Shown in pieces: positions 19,125-29,700 of a stretch of 57,059 bases of DNA. The translations under genes and the position numbers were made by a program. Positions within the stretch are counted from its first letter, which is position 1. Each line of letters begins with the position of its first letter. A model generated the notes under the pieces. It worked only from the letters and a program-made list of their open reading frames with translations. It ran no database searches and was not told the DNA's origin. Source of the stretch: Fidelibacterota bacterium UBA6817 (GTDB lineage: Bacteria > Fidelibacterota > Fidelibacteria > Fidelibacterales > Fidelibacteraceae); assembly GCA_002452555.1 (NCBI GenBank), contig DKER01000038.1:1-57059 (forward strand), written 5' to 3'.

Positions 19125-22100
19125 TTAAAAGTCTAATTTATTTTCACTCTTTATCGTTTCCAACAGCAATTTAAGTCTTTCCGTTTCATCACCATTATCA
19201 ATGTGAATAACGATAGAAAAGTTCCCTTTTGTCTTAATAGAATATTCAACTTGTTTGTTGTTTAATGAACGGATAATGCACAAAGCATGCTTTTTTAAAT
19301 CTTGTTCGTTAAGGGAAAGGTCAAAAACCAGAATAACAGTCTTGTTTTTTTCTTCAATGCGGGAAATTCTCATAAGCTCAGCAACCAGAAAGAGACGGCG
19401 AAGAAGAAGAAGGTTTTCTGTTTCCTTTGGAATTGCACCAAAGCGGTCAACAATCTCGTGATGAATATAGGAAAGAGTTTCATTATCATTTGCGGCAGCG
19501 ACAGCTTGGTATAATTCTAGGCGCGAAGCACCGGAAGAAACCAGATCCTCCGGAATAAAGGCCTTATAAGGCAACATGATTTCAGGTTTGATTTTATCAC
19601 GATGTGTTTTGCTTGTTCTTCGTTCAACTTCATCCGTTAATAGCTTTAGAAAATAACTGAATCCCACCTGGTCTATGTGTCCGCTTTGTTCCGTTCCAAA
19701 CAGATTTCCGGCCCCGCGCAGCTCCAAATCTCTCATAGCGATATGATAACCGGACCCCAGATCCGTATAATATTCCAAAGCCTTGAGCCGTTGCATTGCC
19801 CCCGGGTTTATATGGCGGTTTCTGGGAATTACAAGGTATGCATAGGCTTTTCTGAAGGAACGACCTACCCTGCCCCTGATTTGATAAAGCTGCGACAAGC
19901 CGAATTGGTGGGCATTCATAACGATGAGAGTATTTGCGTTGGGTATATCAATCCCAGACTCAATAATCGTTGTGCTGATCAAAATATCAAATTTATGGTG
20001 GAGGAAGTCGAGCAAGTGTTTTTCCAGGGTTTTTCCGGGAAGCTGGCCGTGTGCAAAGCGAACCGATGATTCGGGTATCATTTCTTGAATGTTTGTTGTT
20101 AAAGACGAGAGTTCATTGATGTTGTTGTTGACAATCAAAACCTGACCGCCGCGCCTGAGTTCATCCCGAATCGTCTGACTGATGAGAGAACTTTCCCAGT
20201 GAATTATTTTTGTATAGATTGGAACCCGCTCTTTTGGAGGCGTGTCAATACGAGTCACATCTCTTAACCCTGTCAAAGAAAGCTGAAGCGTTCGCGGTAT
20301 GGGGGTTGCGCTTAGCGTCAATACATCAACATTGGTTCTCAAGGATTGAATTTTTTCTTTGTGTCTAACGCCAAATCGTTGTTCCTCGTCAATAATAAGA
20401 AGTCCTAAGTTCTTAAAAAACAAATGATTAGAAAGTATTCTGTGTGTTCCGATCAACACATCAATTTTTCCGTTAACCAGATCTTCACAGATTTGTTTAA
20501 AAACACCGGGAGATTGAAAACGATTCAAAATTTCAACATTAACGCCAAAAATGGAAAGTCTTTCGCGAAATGTTTCGAAATGTTGTATTGAAAGAATCGT
20601 TGTCGGCACAAGGACAGCAACCTGACAGCCGGAGATAACCGCTCTGAAAGCCGCTCTAACGGCAACTTCTGTTTTGCCAAAGCCCACATCGCCACAGATC
20701 AGGCGATCCATAATAAGCGGCCGGGCCATGTCAGATTTAACAGTCTCAATGGCCATCAATTGATCTTTTGTTTCCTGCCAGGGAAAGGAAAGCTCCAATT
20801 CTCTTTCAGAAGCAGCTTCTCCTTCAAGGGCAATGCCTTTTTTTGCCGCCCGAAGCCGATAAAGATTTACCAATTCATCTGTAATATCTTCTATAGCCCG
20901 TTTAACGCGTTTATGTTTTAATTCCCAGGCCTTGCCTTTAAGAGAGTCTGCCTTAACCGGCTGAATTCTTTCCGCGGAAAAGCGATATATTTTATCAATA
21001 TGGCGAACCGGCACATACACTTTATCTTCATTAGCATATTCTATGATGAGTTGTTCATCGCCGTCAGCAAAACGGGTTCCCAGAAAGAATCCCACACCGT
21101 AATCCATATGAACAACGGCATCACCGTATTTAATGGCATCCTGTTTGTAGATTCGTTCAACATCGGGGATAAAGGGAGTATCCGGGTTAAATAGATGTTC
21201 ACGTTGAAAGAAGAAATAATCACTGACAAAAGCTGTTTGAATATCACCTAAAACAAAGGCGTTTTGAAGAGAGCCCTTGATATAATAACAGTTCGTAGAA
21301 TCTTTTAATAAGCCCTGAAGCTGGTCCAGCAGCATTCTATTTTGCCAGAAGACACAAACGGTATTGAAATTATGAACGAATGATAGCATGGAATCTTTTC
21401 TTGATTCTTTAACGGAAAAGGGAGGCAGGTCTAAAATGCGGAACGAATCATTTACAGATTCCTGCTTAAAGAAAAGGCAATAATGGGAAGAATCCGGAAG
21501 AGATTGGCCGCTGCTATCAATCAGAAGCGTATTATTCGGCAACAAGTCAATAAAGGGAACGCGCGATTTAAAAGAAGATGATGAGGGGAATAGAATAAAC
21601 GAATCGGTTTCGTCAACAGAGAGTTGCGTATCCGGGTGAAAAGAGCGAATAGATTCGAGCGAATTGCCAAAAAATTCTAGTCTGAACGGAAGGGGTGACC
21701 CGAACGGGTAGATATCAAGAATACCGCCACGGACGCAGAAATTCCCGGCAAACTCTACCAGTTCAACACGTTTGTAGCCATATTCGGCAAAACGGGCAAT
21801 AAGCCAATCAAATGTATATTCACGGTTCTTTTCAAGGGTTAAAAGGGTTTTATTTGTCCCAAATGGATTTTGAACGACATGAGGCAGGATGGATTTTGAC
21901 GTCACAATAAAAGACAATTTATTCTTCCGGAGCAATTCGGTCAGGCGGGCAAAATGATTTTCAAATCGTGTAAAATTGAACAACTCTGTTTTATGGTCAA
22001 AAAACGGAAGCCACGACACAGACTCTTCATTATTGAAACTTATTAGATTTTCAAAGGCCTGTTCTGAGGTCCTTTCTTTGTCAAACAGCAGGACAGGGAA

Positions 22101-22250
22101 AAAACCATTCCGGGAAAGAACGGTTGCCAGCAGTGAAATAAAACCGGGAGACATTTCTGAAAGCGTCTGGGATTTATCTCGTTTAAGTCCGGCCAAAAGA
22201 TTGACAAAAGCAGCAGATTCGGCGATTTTGTTTAGTATCTGTTCAATCAT
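19125..22250 (-). CDS. mfd: Transcription-repair coupling factor
   Basis: RGGILDIYP UvrB-like region, VVHMDYGVG, DRLICGDVGFGKTEVA, IIDEEQRFG, SATPIPRTL, QIRGRVGRS, RDLELRGAGN. Confidence 0.96.
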   Translation of the reverse strand: MIEQILNKIAESAAFVNLLAGLKRDKSQTLSEMSPGFISLLATVLSRNGFFPVLLFDKERTSEQAFENLISFNNEESVSWLPFFDHKTELFNFTRFENHFARLTELLRKNKLSFIVTSKSILPHVVQNPFGTNKTLLTLEKNREYTFDWLIARFAEYGYKRVELVEFAGNFCVRGGILDIYPFGSPLPFRLEFFGNSLESIRSFHPDTQLSVDETDSFILFPSSSSFKSRVPFIDLLPNNTLLIDSSGQSLPDSSHYCLFFKQESVNDSFRILDLPPFSVKESRKDSMLSFVHNFNTVCVFWQNRMLLDQLQGLLKDSTNCYYIKGSLQNAFVLGDIQTAFVSDYFFFQREHLFNPDTPFIPDVERIYKQDAIKYGDAVVHMDYGVGFFLGTRFADGDEQLIIEYANEDKVYVPVRHIDKIYRFSAERIQPVKADSLKGKAWELKHKRVKRAIEDITDELVNLYRLRAAKKGIALEGEAASERELELSFPWQETKDQLMAIETVKSDMARPLIMDRLICGDVGFGKTEVAVRAAFRAVISGCQVAVLVPTTILSIQHFETFRERLSIFGVNVEILNRFQSPGVFKQICEDLVNGKIDVLIGTHRILSNHLFFKNLGLLIIDEEQRFGVRHKEKIQSLRTNVDVLTLSATPIPRTLQLSLTGLRDVTRIDTPPKERVPIYTKIIHWESSLISQTIRDELRRGGQVLIVNNNINELSSLTTNIQEMIPESSVRFAHGQLPGKTLEKHLLDFLHHKFDILISTTIIESGIDIPNANTLIVMNAHQFGLSQLYQIRGRVGRSFRKAYAYLVIPRNRHINPGAMQRLKALEYYTDLGSGYHIAMRDLELRGAGNLFGTEQSGHIDQVGFSYFLKLLTDEVERRTSKTHRDKIKPEIMLPYKAFIPEDLVSSGASRLELYQAVAAANDNETLSYIHHEIVDRFGAIPKETENLLLLRRLFLVAELMRISRIEEKNKTVILVFDLSLNEQDLKKHALCIIRSLNNKQVEYSIKTKGNFSIVIHIDNGDETERLKLLLETIKSENKLDF

Positions 22251-22266
22251 GGTTTCACGTGAAACG
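22251..22266. promoter_or_regulatory. parS centromere-like site
   Basis: gGTTTCACGTGAAACg (14-bp perfect palindromic core); fills the whole mnmG-mfd intergenic gap. Confidence 0.85.
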
Positions 22267-24114
22267 TTATTTCATGTAGATCAGGAGAATTTGAATATCC
22301 GACGGAGAAACACCCCGAATTCGGCTTGCTTGTCCCAGCGTTTCCGGCCGGAAACGCTTCAACTTCTCACGTCCTTCGTTGGACAATGACTTAATTGTAT
22401 CGTAATTAAGTGTGTCGGGAATGGCTTGGTCTTCCAGAGAGGCCATTTTGTTGATCATTATTTCCTGACGGTGAATATAACCCTCATATAATGTTTCAAT
22501 GAAAGCCTGGTCTAGGCTGTGAAAAAGATAATTTTGAAAGATTTTCTGATGCAAATCAGGCATGTGATTTTCGCTTAATATTTGTTTTTTTATAGCCTGT
22601 GAATATTTTTGTGAGGCAGGAATGTCGATGTTTAACGCATTGTCTTTATGTAGTGTTTCATTGTTAAAATAGTTGCGTATATCATGTTTTTCGTCTCGTG
22701 ACCGAAAAAAGAGATCGGTCATTTCCTGCGATTGAATGCCGATTTGTCGTGAAATTTCGCATAAACGGTGATCTGCATTGTCAGAACGCAGGATCAGGCG
22801 ATATTCTGCCAGACTGGTGAACATTCGGTAGGGCTCATCCGTTTCTTTGGTTATAAGATCATCGATCAGAACGCCAATATAAGCGTGAGAACGTTTTAGA
22901 ATAATCGGTTCCTGTTCGTTTAAAGAACGAACCGCATTAACGGCAGCCACAAACCCTTGAACCGCAGCTTCTTCGTAGCCGCTTGTTCCGTTTATCTGAC
23001 CAGCAAAATAGAGCCCGGACACATCCTTGCTTTCCAGAGAGTGATGCAGTTGATATGAAGGGAAATAGTCATATTCAATTGCATAGCCGGGCTTGATTAT
23101 TTCTGCCCTTTCCAGGCCAGAGATTGCCCGAAGAGCTTTAATTTGTATGTCAACGGGTAAGGAAGAACTGAAGCCGTTAATATACCACTGTTCAGAGCCC
23201 TCCCATTCCGGTTCCAGAAAAATCTGGTGTGTCGGCTTATCCGAAAAACGAACAATCTTATCCTCAATAGACGGGCAATAACGAGGACCGGTTCCGTGAA
23301 TCTCTCCAGAATACAGGGGAGAACGATGAAGGGCGTTTTTAATTATTTCATGCGTTTGTTCGGTTGTATGGGTAAGATAGCAGGGGATATCCTTTGGATT
23401 GAAAAGCTGTGTAGAGAAGGAAAAGGGTTCAGGTTCAGGATCTCCGTATAAGGGAGTCATTTTAGAAAAATTTATAGAACGACGGGTAATTCGTGAAGGA
23501 GTTCCGGTTTTAAGGCGCTTTACACAAAACCCCATGGTTTTCAAACTGTTGCTGATCCCCGTGGATGGAAGTTCCCCATAGCGCCCGGAACCGATTTGCA
23601 CCGGACCGATATGAATGAGTCCGTTTAGAAAGGTTCCGTTGGTTAAGATAATTTTTTCTCCCCTAATCAAAGAACCGTCTTTTAGGTATAGCCCCGTAAC
23701 CCTGTAGGATTGGATAGAAATACAGAAACCTTCGCCTTCAATAATATCAAGATTTGGCGAGCCAAGAATGATTTGTTGCATATAATTGGAATATGCCCTT
23801 TTATCTGCCTGGGCCCGGGGGGACCACACGGCACGACCCTTTGAACGGTTCAACATCTTAAACTGAATACCCGTTTTATCGATGGCCTTTCCCATTTCAC
23901 CGCCTAAAACATCCAGCTCACGGACCAGGTGTCCTTTTGCCAACCCGCCGATTGACGGATTACAACTCATGCGGGCAATGCTTTGTATGGATAATGTTAT
24001 TAAAGCGGTTGATTTTCCGAGACGTGCCGCAGCAAGTGCTGCTTCAACACCGGCATGGCCGCCGCCCACAACAATAATATCGTATATGCCATTCTGTTGT
24101 TTCACGTGAAACAC
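22267..24114 (-). CDS. mnmG: tRNA uridine-34 carboxymethylaminomethyl modification enzyme MnmG (GidA)
   Basis: VVGGGHAGVEAA, MSCNPSIGG, GPRYCPSIEDK, AGQINGTSGYEEAA, EPYRMFTS. GTG start lies inside parS (alternative GTG at 24105). Confidence 0.97.
   Translation of the reverse strand: MFHVKQQNGIYDIIVVGGGHAGVEAALAAARLGKSTALITLSIQSIARMSCNPSIGGLAKGHLVRELDVLGGEMGKAIDKTGIQFKMLNRSKGRAVWSPRAQADKRAYSNYMQQIILGSPNLDIIEGEGFCISIQSYRVTGLYLKDGSLIRGEKIILTNGTFLNGLIHIGPVQIGSGRYGELPSTGISNSLKTMGFCVKRLKTGTPSRITRRSINFSKMTPLYGDPEPEPFSFSTQLFNPKDIPCYLTHTTEQTHEIIKNALHRSPLYSGEIHGTGPRYCPSIEDKIVRFSDKPTHQIFLEPEWEGSEQWYINGFSSSLPVDIQIKALRAISGLERAEIIKPGYAIEYDYFPSYQLHHSLESKDVSGLYFAGQINGTSGYEEAAVQGFVAAVNAVRSLNEQEPIILKRSHAYIGVLIDDLITKETDEPYRMFTSLAEYRLILRSDNADHRLCEISRQIGIQSQEMTDLFFRSRDEKHDIRNYFNNETLHKDNALNIDIPASQKYSQAIKKQILSENHMPDLHQKIFQNYLFHSLDQAFIETLYEGYIHRQEIMINKMASLEDQAIPDTLNYDTIKSLSNEGREKLKRFRPETLGQASRIRGVSPSDIQILLIYMK
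24098..24113. promoter_or_regulatory. parS centromere-like site (perfect consensus)
   Basis: TGTTTCACGTGAAACA, a 16-bp palindrome overlapping the first codons of mnmG. Confidence 0.92.
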
Positions 24115-24117
24115 AAC

Positions 24118-25485
24118 CTATTTACCAACGCAGAATTGATCAAAGATATGATTTAAAATATCCATGGATGTTGTTTTTCCCGTTATGTCATCCAGGGATG
24201 AAATTGCTTCCCGGATATCATGAATAATAAATTCGGGAGACAAGTTGTTATTTAATGCTTTTTGGGCGGTTAAAAGAGCATTCCTGGCAGAAAGAAGATG
24301 GTTTTGGTGTCGTAAATGAGAGATTGCCAAGGACTCTGTATTTAACGCGTATGTTTTTTGAAGCGTTTTTAATACGGTTTCCATGAGTTCGCCAATATTG
24401 GACTCGTGTATTGCACAGATGGGGATTATGGGGATTTCAGGCGTTGAAAGAGAGCGGCAACTTCGTATTTCGTGCTGTGAAAGGAGATCGGTCTTGTTTA
24501 ATGCAATGATTGACGGCTTATCCTGCTGTTTTAAAAGGTAAAGCGCATGTTCGGTTTCTTCTTTATTTACAGTGACCATGAGCAATAAATCCGCGGATGA
24601 CATTAACTCATGGGTCTTCTTCAGGCCGGCAGTTTCCAGAATATCTTCTGTTTCTCTGAGGCCTGCCGTGTCAAATAAGCGAATTAAAACCCCGCCGTGA
24701 TTGATGCGCTCTTCTATATAATCACGGGTTGTGCCCGGGATATCGGATGTTATGACCCGCTCTTCGTGCAGTACTGCATTTAAAAGACTTGATTTTCCGG
24801 CATTTGGGCGCCCGACAATGGGAACGCGTGCACCTTCATGAAGTATTCGGCCGGTTTTATAGGATGATATCAGCGACGATATTTGTTTAAGCCCGGCCAG
24901 AACTCTTTTTTCTACATCTTTATGGCTTATTGTTTCAATATCCTGGTCAGAAAAATCCAGTCCTACCTCCAAAAGAGCGGCACTTTCGGTTAAAAGCTGC
25001 CGAATATGCATTAACTCCTTTGAAAGCCGGCCGCGCAATAGGGTTCGGGCCGATTGCAGGCCCGCTTCAGTTTGGGCATGAATCATATCTGCCACGGCTT
25101 CAGCCTGCGTCAGGTCCATTTTTCCGTTGATAAAAGCACGGCGCGTGAATTCTCCTGGAAGCGCCGGCCTTGCCCCAGCTATATATAAGCAGTTTAATAT
25201 TAATCCCGGTACGATTCGGCCCCCGTGACAAGATATTTCTATAAGATCTTCACCTGTATAAGAATGAGGCGCTTTAAAATATGTAATTACAGTTTCATCG
25301 ATTAAATCACCGCTTTTGGGATGAAGAAATGGCATGAAATGGGCCCTGTTCGGCTCCAAATCCTTTCTGGACAGGCAGGGTCTTATAATTGAGCAGGACT
25401 CCGGTCCGGAAAGTCGTACAACAGCAATCCCCCCCACCCCTTCAGGCGTTGAAAGAGCGGCAATTGTTCCTTCAAGGCTATACAT
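24118..25485 (-). CDS. mnmE: tRNA modification GTPase MnmE (TrmE)
   Basis: TIAALSTP, SYTGED, GEFTRRAF, GRPNAGKSSL, GTTRD, DTAG, NKTD and terminal FCVGK. Confidence 0.97.
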   Translation of the reverse strand: MYSLEGTIAALSTPEGVGGIAVVRLSGPESCSIIRPCLSRKDLEPNRAHFMPFLHPKSGDLIDETVITYFKAPHSYTGEDLIEISCHGGRIVPGLILNCLYIAGARPALPGEFTRRAFINGKMDLTQAEAVADMIHAQTEAGLQSARTLLRGRLSKELMHIRQLLTESAALLEVGLDFSDQDIETISHKDVEKRVLAGLKQISSLISSYKTGRILHEGARVPIVGRPNAGKSSLLNAVLHEERVITSDIPGTTRDYIEERINHGGVLIRLFDTAGLRETEDILETAGLKKTHELMSSADLLLMVTVNKEETEHALYLLKQQDKPSIIALNKTDLLSQHEIRSCRSLSTPEIPIIPICAIHESNIGELMETVLKTLQKTYALNTESLAISHLRHQNHLLSARNALLTAQKALNNNLSPEFIIHDIREAISSLDDITGKTTSMDILNHIFDQFCVGK

Positions 25486-25488
25486 GTT

Positions 25489-27225
25489 TTATTTATTTTT
25501 CTGTTTTCCGGTTTTTTCTTTTTGAATCGAAAGCTTGGCGTGTACGGATGGGTTTATGAAATATTTTTGCTGTATTATTGTCAACAGATTAAACAATGTA
25601 TAATACAGGTTTAAACCAGAAGGAAAATTGTTAAAAATTAACAGAAAGAATATTGGCATAAACCACATCATCATTTTTTGTTGCTGGTTGGCCTGGGATG
25701 CCCCTGTCATTTTTTGCTGAAGAATCATGGTCAGAGCCATTATAATGGGAAGCACAGCCACGCTATTGCCATAGAGAGGGATGGAAAAAGGAAGAGTGAA
25801 TATGAAATCAGGACTGCTTAAATCTTTAATCCACCAGACAAAGGAGGCGCCGCGCAACTCGATGGTTGTTCTAAACACAATGAATAATGCATATAAAAGC
25901 GGCATCTGAAGAACCATCGGTAAACAGCCGCCCAAAGGATTGACACCATATTCTTTGTACAGTTTCATGGTTTCCTGGTTTAAAGCCTGGGGATTCTTGG
26001 AATGCTTTTCTCTCAGTTCGGTCATTAATGGCTGAAGTTCCTGCATTTTTTTCATGGATTCATAGCTCTTGTGCGTCAAGGGATAGAGTATCAGTTTGAT
26101 TAAAAAAGAAAATATCAGCAGAACAACACCGTAATTTGAAATAAACCCTCTCATAAATTTCAATAGGCGAAGAATGCCGATGGAGATGGGTTTTATGAGT
26201 CTCCAGCCCCAGTTCATAACATGTTCATGACCGTATCCGAGATTTGCCAGATATTCTTCATCCAGCGGAGCCACTATGATACGGAATGAATCTTCATGAA
26301 TGTGTTCTGAAGGTAAACGCATAAACAAGCTTGCATTAAAAAATCGATCTGTCTTGGTTTTCCATCCTTCGATATCAGTGCGCAATCCGTCTTTGGACGT
26401 GGCCACGACAGAAGCAAGAAAATATTTTGATCGAACAGCAATCCACCGGGCATCGCCATCTGTCCGAATAGATTGCGGTTTGTCTTTAAGCTGTAAATTG
26501 ATTTGTTCGGATCCAACCTTGCTATATACGTAGGAATAATTGAGGTCATCCTGAATATTCCGCTCGGAAAAATCAAATCCGTCGTACCAGTTAATGGTAT
26601 ATGTCATGTCCGGAACAAGATTTTGGAAATTTTTCAGGGTTACATGAAGGTCAAAGATATAACCCTCGGGGTAAAGAGTAAAAGCCCGTTCTATAACCTT
26701 ATCATCTTCTGTTTTCAGGGTAAGCAAGAACTCTAGCGGAGCAGAGATCGTTACAGTATCCAGGTTGCTGTATTTTTCAAAAAGATCGCTGTAAAAGGGA
26801 ATCTCATTGAAAGAAAGGTTTTCATGGGAAGTGATCGGGAATTCCAGGCCCAGATTCCCTGATGCATCGTCTTTTAAAAGCCGAACATATTTATCGTTAT
26901 ATGTAGTATAGTCTTTAAAACGGAATTGTGTAATTGTGCCTCCGCCAAGATTTGAAAGGGTTAGGAAAAAGGATTTTGTAGAGAAAACGAGCTTCTTTTC
27001 TTCTCCGCTTAGAGTTGGGGTAAGCGTTTTTTCTGTCATCGGCGGTATATAAACGGGTGTTTCGGTGCTGCGTTCCGATCCGGCCAGTTCAGTTGACGAA
27101 GTGCCGGTTTGTCGGCGTTCGGCCGGGAGAGGTTCTTTTTCTAAATATTGTTTTTGATAATAGGGCATGAAGATCATAATCAATGCGATAAGGAAAAAAG
27201 CAATGAGGGTATTTTTATCAAACAT
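25489..27225 (-). CDS. yidC: Membrane protein insertase YidC
   Basis: Likely start ATG 27225 (MFDKNTLI) after AAGGAG. Large periplasmic domain, [25 protein letters not shown]. Confidence 0.95.
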   Translation of the reverse strand: MFDKNTLIAFFLIALIMIFMPYYQKQYLEKEPLPAERRQTGTSSTELAGSERSTETPVYIPPMTEKTLTPTLSGEEKKLVFSTKSFFLTLSNLGGGTITQFRFKDYTTYNDKYVRLLKDDASGNLGLEFPITSHENLSFNEIPFYSDLFEKYSNLDTVTISAPLEFLLTLKTEDDKVIERAFTLYPEGYIFDLHVTLKNFQNLVPDMTYTINWYDGFDFSERNIQDDLNYSYVYSKVGSEQINLQLKDKPQSIRTDGDARWIAVRSKYFLASVVATSKDGLRTDIEGWKTKTDRFFNASLFMRLPSEHIHEDSFRIIVAPLDEEYLANLGYGHEHVMNWGWRLIKPISIGILRLLKFMRGFISNYGVVLLIFSFLIKLILYPLTHKSYESMKKMQELQPLMTELREKHSKNPQALNQETMKLYKEYGVNPLGGCLPMVLQMPLLYALFIVFRTTIELRGASFVWWIKDLSSPDFIFTLPFSIPLYGNSVAVLPIIMALTMILQQKMTGASQANQQQKMMMWFMPIFFLLIFNNFPSGLNLYYTLFNLLTIIQQKYFINPSVHAKLSIQKEKTGKQKNK

Positions 27226-27448
27226 GATGATTCTCCTTTTCCGGGACAGGATCATATCCGCCGGGATGGAAGGGGTGGCATTTTATTATTCGCGTAAAAG
27301 ATAGTGCTAATCCTCTTAAAACGCCAAAACGTTCTATTGATTGATATGAATAGGCAGAGCAGGATGGTGAAAAACGACAGGACGGCGCAAAATAAGGGGA
27401 AATAAACAACTGATAAAAGCGGATAAATTTCAGTACAAGATATTTCAT
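27218..27448 (-). CDS. yidD: Membrane protein insertion efficiency factor YidD
   Basis: [34 protein letters not shown]. Confidence 0.95.
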   Translation of the reverse strand: MKYLVLKFIRFYQLFISPYFAPSCRFSPSCSAYSYQSIERFGVLRGLALSFTRIIKCHPFHPGGYDPVPEKENHHV

Positions 27449-27777
27449 GGAATGGTGTGGAATGATTTTTTTATTTGAGATTTATACAACTCTAATGAAT
27501 GTCGTTTTGGGGTCTGCCGGGCAATAAAACCATAATGGTAACCGGGAGGAATACAATCCTGATTTTGCCGTACGCTTTCACGAAGATAACGTTTTGCAAA
27601 ATTTCTATCCACTGCACAGCCTATTGTTTTTCTGGCCGCAAAAAGAAATCGGGTTTCGCCGGTGTAGCGATATACGATATTATAGTAGGGTGACCGTATC
27701 CATTGGCCCTCTGAAAAAAGACTTTGTATGGCCTTTTTATTTTTTAACAGACAATGTTTTTTTAGTGAATGGATCAC
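27445..27777 (-). CDS. rnpA: Ribonuclease P protein component
   Basis: Divergent RNR motif [18 protein letters not shown]; lies between rpmH and yidD; GTG start overlaps the rpmH stop. Confidence 0.85.
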   Translation of the reverse strand: MIHSLKKHCLLKNKKAIQSLFSEGQWIRSPYYNIVYRYTGETRFLFAARKTIGCAVDRNFAKRYLRESVRQNQDCIPPGYHYGFIARQTPKRHSLELYKSQIKKSFHTIP

Positions 27778-27914
27778 GAAGAGACCGTCAGGCGTTTTCG
27801 TCCTTTTGCGCGACGGCGGGACAGAACAGCCTGGCCCCCCTTTGTTTCCATTCTTGAGCGGAAGCCGTGTTTGTTTTTACGCTTTCTGTTGCTTGGCTGA
27901 AAGGTTCTTTTCAA
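27774..27914 (-). CDS. rpmH: 50S ribosomal protein L34
   Basis: Below the ORF-track cutoff. TTG start after AAGGAG gives [46 protein letters not shown]. Confidence 0.97.
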   Translation of the reverse strand: MKRTFQPSNRKRKNKHGFRSRMETKGGQAVLSRRRAKGRKRLTVSS

Positions 27915-28051
27915 GGGATTTCTCCTTACAATTTGTTTTTGATTTTGTTCAGCTTAGTAATTTGTGAAAAAACAATGCCATAATCAAACAATTAGCATAT
28001 TAAAAAGAATAATTTTCTTGAAATAAATTTTGTTTTTATACAAAATCCCAC

Positions 28052-28080
28052 TTGACATTGCCGTAGCAAATTGCAAACTT
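28052..28080 (+). promoter_or_regulatory. Putative dnaA promoter
   Basis: TTGACA at 28052-28057 with a weak -10 (CAAACT/AAACTT) 16-17 bp downstream. Confidence 0.35.
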
Positions 28081-28103
28081 CATTCTGCAATAGCGGACGT
28101 TCA

Positions 28104-28289
28104 TGTGGATAATATGTGGATACATCGAACATTCTATGTGTGTGCCAAGCGGAGCATGAAAGTTGTGCGGGGATTTAAGTGTCTGAGGTTCAGGCGATTA
28201 ATAGCAATGATCAATAGGCCGTTAGGTTTGAATGCTATGTGGATAACTCTTTTTTTTGTAAATTTTTGCTAAGGGGAAATTGTGGATAA
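28104..28289. promoter_or_regulatory. DnaA-box cluster upstream of dnaA (autoregulation and/or oriC part)
   Basis: TGTGGATAA at 28104-28112, 28238-28246 and 28281-28289; TGTGGATAC at 28115-28123; all in the same orientation. Confidence 0.85.
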
Positions 28290-29700
28290 CGTTCAATCTG
28301 CCCTTAAAGTGAAATGGGATGATCTCTTAAATAATCTTCAAAAAAAGATACCTTCTCACAGTTATTCATCCTGGATACTGCCCTTGAATTTTTTAGATTG
28401 CAATGATTATTCAATAAGAATATCGGCGCCGAATCGTTTTCATTCAGAATACATTGAAATGCATTTTAGAGACATAATAATAGCAGGGATCAAAGATGTT
28501 TTTGAAAAAGAAATGACGCTGCAAATCGTGACAGAGCAAAGAAACATCAAACCCCAGCTACATAGCCAAAGTTCAGATCTCGTAAATATTTCAGATAAGG
28601 TTTCTCACAATGAAAAACCTGACGAAAGAGAAAACTTTCAACAGACCTATTATGTTGAAGATCGTTACAGCCAGCTAAATGGTCGGTACACATTTGAAAC
28701 GTTTGTTGAAGGTCCTCATAACCAGTTTGCCAAAGTTGCAAGTCGCGCCGTTTCGGAGGCGCCGGGCAACACAGCCTTTAATCCCCTTTTGATTTACGGC
28801 GGAACAGGGCTGGGCAAAACACACCTTCTTCAGGCAATCGGACATTATGCCAGAACCCAGAATCCCAACCGGCGGGTTATATATGTTTCAAGTGAAAAAT
28901 TTATGATTGATTTTATTACTGCCATTCGGAACAATCGCCTGAATGAATTTGGCAACTTGTATAGACAGGCGGACCTGCTCCTGGTTGACGACATACAGTT
29001 TCTGGAATCCAGGGAAGGAACACAGGAACAATTCTTTCATACATTTAATGATCTTTATCAGCACGGAAAGCAAATTGTTATTACTTCCGACAGGACTCCA
29101 AAAGAATTGAAAGGTGTGGAAGAGAGACTTATTTCCCGTTTCCTTTCAGGATTGACGGTAGACATACAACCCCCCGACTTCGAATCACGAATTGCTATCC
29201 TTCAAAAAAAAGCAACAATCGATCAACTGTCAATACCGCCGGAAGTCATAGAATTTGTAGCACAAAATATTACAACAAATGTTCGTGAATTGGAGGGAGC
29301 CATGACGCGAATATTTGCATACAGCTCCCTTGCCCATACAGACGTAACAATAAATTTGGCTAAAAAAGTTATTAAAGACATGATGGGTGTTCGAAAAACA
29401 CGGCATATTTCTATAGATATTATTCAATCTGCCGTTTCAGAATTTTACAAAGTCACCGAAAATGAACTCATGGGTAAAGGGAGAAAAAAAGAAGTTGCAC
29501 AGGCAAGACAGGTTATTATGTTCCTGAGCCGGGAAATCAGCGGTATGTCGCTAAAAACAATTGGTCTAAGGCTGGGTCGGCGCGACCACACGACCGTGAT
29601 GCATGCCTGCAATGTTATCGGAAAAAAAATCCGGGAAAACAAATCCTTTGCAAAAGAAATTGAAGCAATAAAACATCAGATAGATCTTGCTTCGTCATAA
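28282..29700 (+). CDS. dnaA: Chromosomal replication initiator DnaA
   Basis: YTFETFVEG, NPLLIYGGTGLGKTHLL, LLVDDIQFL, QEQFFHTFN, NVRELEGA, RRDHTTVMHA. Confidence 0.98.
   Translation: MDNVQSALKVKWDDLLNNLQKKIPSHSYSSWILPLNFLDCNDYSIRISAPNRFHSEYIEMHFRDIIIAGIKDVFEKEMTLQIVTEQRNIKPQLHSQSSDLVNISDKVSHNEKPDERENFQQTYYVEDRYSQLNGRYTFETFVEGPHNQFAKVASRAVSEAPGNTAFNPLLIYGGTGLGKTHLLQAIGHYARTQNPNRRVIYVSSEKFMIDFITAIRNNRLNEFGNLYRQADLLLVDDIQFLESREGTQEQFFHTFNDLYQHGKQIVITSDRTPKELKGVEERLISRFLSGLTVDIQPPDFESRIAILQKKATIDQLSIPPEVIEFVAQNITTNVRELEGAMTRIFAYSSLAHTDVTINLAKKVIKDMMGVRKTRHISIDIIQSAVSEFYKVTENELMGKGRKKEVAQARQVIMFLSREISGMSLKTIGLRLGRRDHTTVMHACNVIGKKIRENKSFAKEIEAIKHQIDLASS

Noticed and set aside
27594-28272. Short plus-strand ORFs upstream of dnaA
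   Set aside because: They overlap rnpA/rpmH in antisense or the DnaA-box regulatory region; no protein features.
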